Part shown: one piece after another, positions 61,239 through 64,000 of the stretch | How the letters are laid out: each line of letters begins with the position of its first letter | Numbering within the stretch: position 1 is the stretch's first letter | Source: Candidatus Omnitrophota bacterium | GTDB taxonomy: Bacteria; Omnitrophota; Gorgyraeia; 2-01-FULL-45-10 | Direction: 5' to 3' | NCBI GenBank assembly: GCA_020057115.1 | Contig: JAGVGJ010000002.1 | Location: forward strand, 857-64,856 | Length of the DNA: 64,000 bases | The notes under the pieces: model-generated | What the model saw: only the letters and a program-made list of their open reading frames with translations | Told to the model about the DNA's origin: nothing | Database searches by the model: none | Program-made: the position numbers and the translations under genes

Positions 61239-61924
61239 TGGATAATCTGCTGGTAGGCATCCTCTCCGCGCTATGGCTTGGCATATTGACGTCGATAAGC
61301 CCGTGCCCTTTAGCCACTAATATAGCCGCGATCTCATTTATATCAAAAAAGATAATTCACCCCAAAATGGTATTTATTTCAGGCCTTGCTTATACCCTAG
61401 GCAGGATGGCATCCTACGCGCTGTTAGGCTTTATCATCATAGGCTCGCTTTTAAGCGTACCGGCAGCAGCAAATTTCCTGCAGAAATACATGAACAAGGC
61501 GATAGGCCCTATGCTGATATTCACGGGTCTCTTCTTGCTGGACATTATTAAATTTAGCATACCTGCTTTTTCGCTCTCCGAAAGACATCATCATAAACTC
61601 GCCGAATCAGGTGCGGGCGGAGCATTTCTATTAGGACTGATATTCGCCCTGACCTTCTGCCCGATCTCAGCTGCGCTATTTTTTGGCAGCTTAATACCGC
61701 TTGCGCTTAATCATAAATTGGGGGCGATATTACCGTTTATATACGGTTTTGGAACAGGCTTACCGGTTTTGCTATTCGCCGTTTTGATAGCCCTTGGAGT
61801 GGCATCGCTTAAGCATTGGTTCCATCGCCTGACAAGACTGGAATATTACACGAAAAAGATCACTGGTGCTATCTTTATAGCGGTTGGAATATATTACATT
61901 TTCTCATATTTGATATATCTCTAG
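61238..61924 (+). CDS. ArsG/CcdA-like membrane protein
   Basis: LGILTSISPCPLATNIAA and FALTFCP. Confidence 0.75.
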   Translation: MDNLLVGILSALWLGILTSISPCPLATNIAAISFISKKIIHPKMVFISGLAYTLGRMASYALLGFIIIGSLLSVPAAANFLQKYMNKAIGPMLIFTGLFLLDIIKFSIPAFSLSERHHHKLAESGAGGAFLLGLIFALTFCPISAALFFGSLIPLALNHKLGAILPFIYGFGTGLPVLLFAVLIALGVASLKHWFHRLTRLEYYTKKITGAIFIAVGIYYIFSYLIYL

Positions 61925-61951
61925 TAGACCGGAAAGGAGCCGATCTGCCTT

Positions 61952-62116
61952 ATGGAAGAAGAGAAGGAAACTATTGCATTAAGCAAAGAACAGATATTTG
62001 AGCTTGTCCAGATAGTTTTTGATAATGACAAAGACGCTGCTTTAAAGTTCCTGGAGTATAATATATACAAACCTATTCAAAGACGAAAAGAAGCTAAATG
62101 TAAAAAAGAAGTTTAG
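61952..62116 (+). CDS. Hypothetical 54-aa protein
   Basis: MEEEKETIALSKEQIFELVQIVFDNDKDAALKFL...; AAGGAG upstream; fills the operon gap. Confidence 0.55.
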   Translation: MEEEKETIALSKEQIFELVQIVFDNDKDAALKFLEYNIYKPIQRRKEAKCKKEV

Positions 62117-62138
62117 GAATAATTCAAGAGGTGGATAA

Positions 62139-63209
62139 ATGCAATATACCAAACACGAAGCATCGGAATTAAAACGTGAACTATCTTTATTGGACAAACT
62201 CCTTACGCCTCTTATATTCATTGCGATGGGGGTGGGAATAGCTTTAGGATATTTTGCCCCAGGCGCAACCAAGGTCATAGCTGACATGCAGGTCGGCACG
62301 ACCTCCATACCGATAGCCATCGGTCTTATCCTCATGATGTATCCGCCGCTCGCGAAGGTGAAATACGAAGAGATAGGGAAGGTATTCAATAAGCCGAAAC
62401 TGCTGATCCTTTCCCTTGTGCAGAACTGGATAGTCGGGCCCGTCGTAATGTTTATTCTGGCCATCATATTTCTTCGGCATTATCCTGAATATATGATAGG
62501 CGTTATCCTGGTGGGACTCGCCAGGTGTATCGCAATGGTCATAGTCTGGAATGAGCTTGCCGAAGGCGACAGGGAATTTGCCATAGGGCTCGTGGCATTT
62601 AACGCGGTATTTCAAGTCCTATTTTACGCGGCATACATCTATATATTCATCACAGTCGGACTTAACTGGCTAGGGCTGGTTAAAGGCCTGAACCTGAATA
62701 TTTCCATGGTCGAAGCCGCCAAGACCGTCTTTTTCTACTTAGGGATACCATTCCTTGCAGGAGTTATCACCCGCGTCAGCCTGATGAAGCTAAAAGGGAA
62801 GGTGTGGTATGAGGATATTTTCATCCCGAAGATAAGCCCGATCACGCTCATCGCGCTTTTATTTACCATCATCGTCATGTTCTCGCTTAAAGGGCAATAT
62901 ATCATACAGCAGCCTTTTGATGTCGTAAGGATCGCCATCCCGCTTGCCATATATTTCTTCCTGATGTGGTTCGCGACATTCTTCATCGCCAGAAAGATGG
63001 GTATTAATTATGCGCAGACAACCGCAACCTCCTTCACCGCGGCAAGCAATGATTTCGAGCTCGCGATAGCGGTCGCTGTCGCTATCTTCGGGATCAGCTC
63101 TAACCAGGCATTTGCGACTGTCGTCGGGCCGTTGATAGAAGTCCCGGCGCTCATCATTCTTGTAAACGTCGCTTTGAGATTCAAGAGGGGCGGCCTTTGG
63201 AAAAGATAA
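62139..63209 (+). CDS. acr3: ACR3 family arsenite efflux transporter
   Basis: [36 protein letters not shown] and GPLIEVP. Confidence 0.93.
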   Translation: MQYTKHEASELKRELSLLDKLLTPLIFIAMGVGIALGYFAPGATKVIADMQVGTTSIPIAIGLILMMYPPLAKVKYEEIGKVFNKPKLLILSLVQNWIVGPVVMFILAIIFLRHYPEYMIGVILVGLARCIAMVIVWNELAEGDREFAIGLVAFNAVFQVLFYAAYIYIFITVGLNWLGLVKGLNLNISMVEAAKTVFFYLGIPFLAGVITRVSLMKLKGKVWYEDIFIPKISPITLIALLFTIIVMFSLKGQYIIQQPFDVVRIAIPLAIYFFLMWFATFFIARKMGINYAQTTATSFTAASNDFELAIAVAVAIFGISSNQAFATVVGPLIEVPALIILVNVALRFKRGGLWKR

Positions 63210-63874
63210 TATTCTCATGGTCGAGCGGCAAGGATAGCGCGATGGCGCTATATGAGGCTAAGCAGAGCGGAAAGTATGCGATCGATTGCCTGCTTACGAC
63301 TGTCACGGAAGGATATGACAGAATAAGCATGCACGGCGTAAGACGAGAACTCCTTGAGGCGCAAGTAGAGTCGATAGGCCTGCCTCTTGAAAAGATATTC
63401 ATTTCCAAAAAGAGCTCAAGCGATGAATACGAGTCGAAGATGCGGGAATTCCTTGAAAGAAAGATCTCCGAAGGCGTGAAGGCAGTAGCATTCGGAGACA
63501 TATTCCTGGAGGACCTAAAAAAGTATCGCGAAGACAAACTCGCTCAGGTTAATATGAAGGCTCTATTCCCGATATGGAAAAGGGATACGACAGAGCTTGC
63601 AGGGAAGTTCATCGAGCTCGGCTTCAAGACGATAATAACTTGCGTGGATACAAAAGTCCTGGATAAGAGCTTTGCCGGCCGCCTCTATGATGAGTCCTTT
63701 CTAAAGGACCTTCCTAAGAATATAGATCCGTGCGGCGAAAATGGCGAATTCCATTCATTCTGTTTCAACGGCCAGATATTCGGCACGCCTATCAAGTTCA
63801 CAATAGGCGATTCGGTATTGCGCGACAATAGATTCCAATATCAGGACTTGATAGCACCCTCTCGGGATGGGTAA
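63197..63874 (+). CDS. Diphthine-ammonia ligase-like (DUF71) PP-loop ATPase
   Basis: [25 protein letters not shown] and [10 protein letters not shown]. Confidence 0.85.
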   Translation: MEKIIFSWSSGKDSAMALYEAKQSGKYAIDCLLTTVTEGYDRISMHGVRRELLEAQVESIGLPLEKIFISKKSSSDEYESKMREFLERKISEGVKAVAFGDIFLEDLKKYREDKLAQVNMKALFPIWKRDTTELAGKFIELGFKTIITCVDTKVLDKSFAGRLYDESFLKDLPKNIDPCGENGEFHSFCFNGQIFGTPIKFTIGDSVLRDNRFQYQDLIAPSRDG

Positions 63875-63985
63875 GGTGTCTTTCCGCGAACATTCCATTC
63901 CCAGAGGGAATGTCATTCGGAAGGTCGCGATTTTCGTTGAAAAATCGCGACCTTCGATGTCGCTCCAAGACACCTTACCCATCCC
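63864..63985. repeat. Nested inverted-repeat element (REP/MITE-like)
   Basis: Perfect 19-bp outer IR 63864-63882/63967-63985; 15-bp inner IR 63920-63934/63941-63955. Confidence 0.75.
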
Positions 63986-64000
63986 TCGGGGGCCCCAGTG

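Overview
Gene-dense bacterial chromosomal window with nearly all genes on the + strand; recN is the only confident minus-strand gene. The TIGR04073-type secreted protein, several stand-alone PilZ proteins and TPR proteins suggest Candidatus Omnitrophota/PVC (inference only). Contents in order: housekeeping and accessory genes (1-21.6 kb, including a xylose-type ABC transporter, recN, panD, def and csp); a ~21 kb nitrogen-assimilation island (GAF-ANTAR regulator, two NAD synthetases, an orphan sigma70/ECF-like factor, a putative porin, amt-glnK twice, GSIII, GATase, a Fis-type HTH protein, gltBD and a PPDK_N-domain protein); kdpFABC with a degenerate KdpD; the F1Fo ATP synthase operon; and an arsenic-resistance cluster (arsP, arsM, arsF, arsG, acr3) headed by a DUF134 regulator instead of ArsR. 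Main result: the nitrogen island carries six leaders in which ANTAR-type hexaloop hairpins overlap intrinsic terminators, and three identically spaced GTTACC-N15-TTACTTGTA promoter-like motifs. Together these suggest a two-tier circuit of an ANTAR antiterminator plus a dedicated sigma factor. No rRNA, tRNA, CRISPR array or transposase was recognised. All family assignments come from motif recognition by eye, not from database searches.
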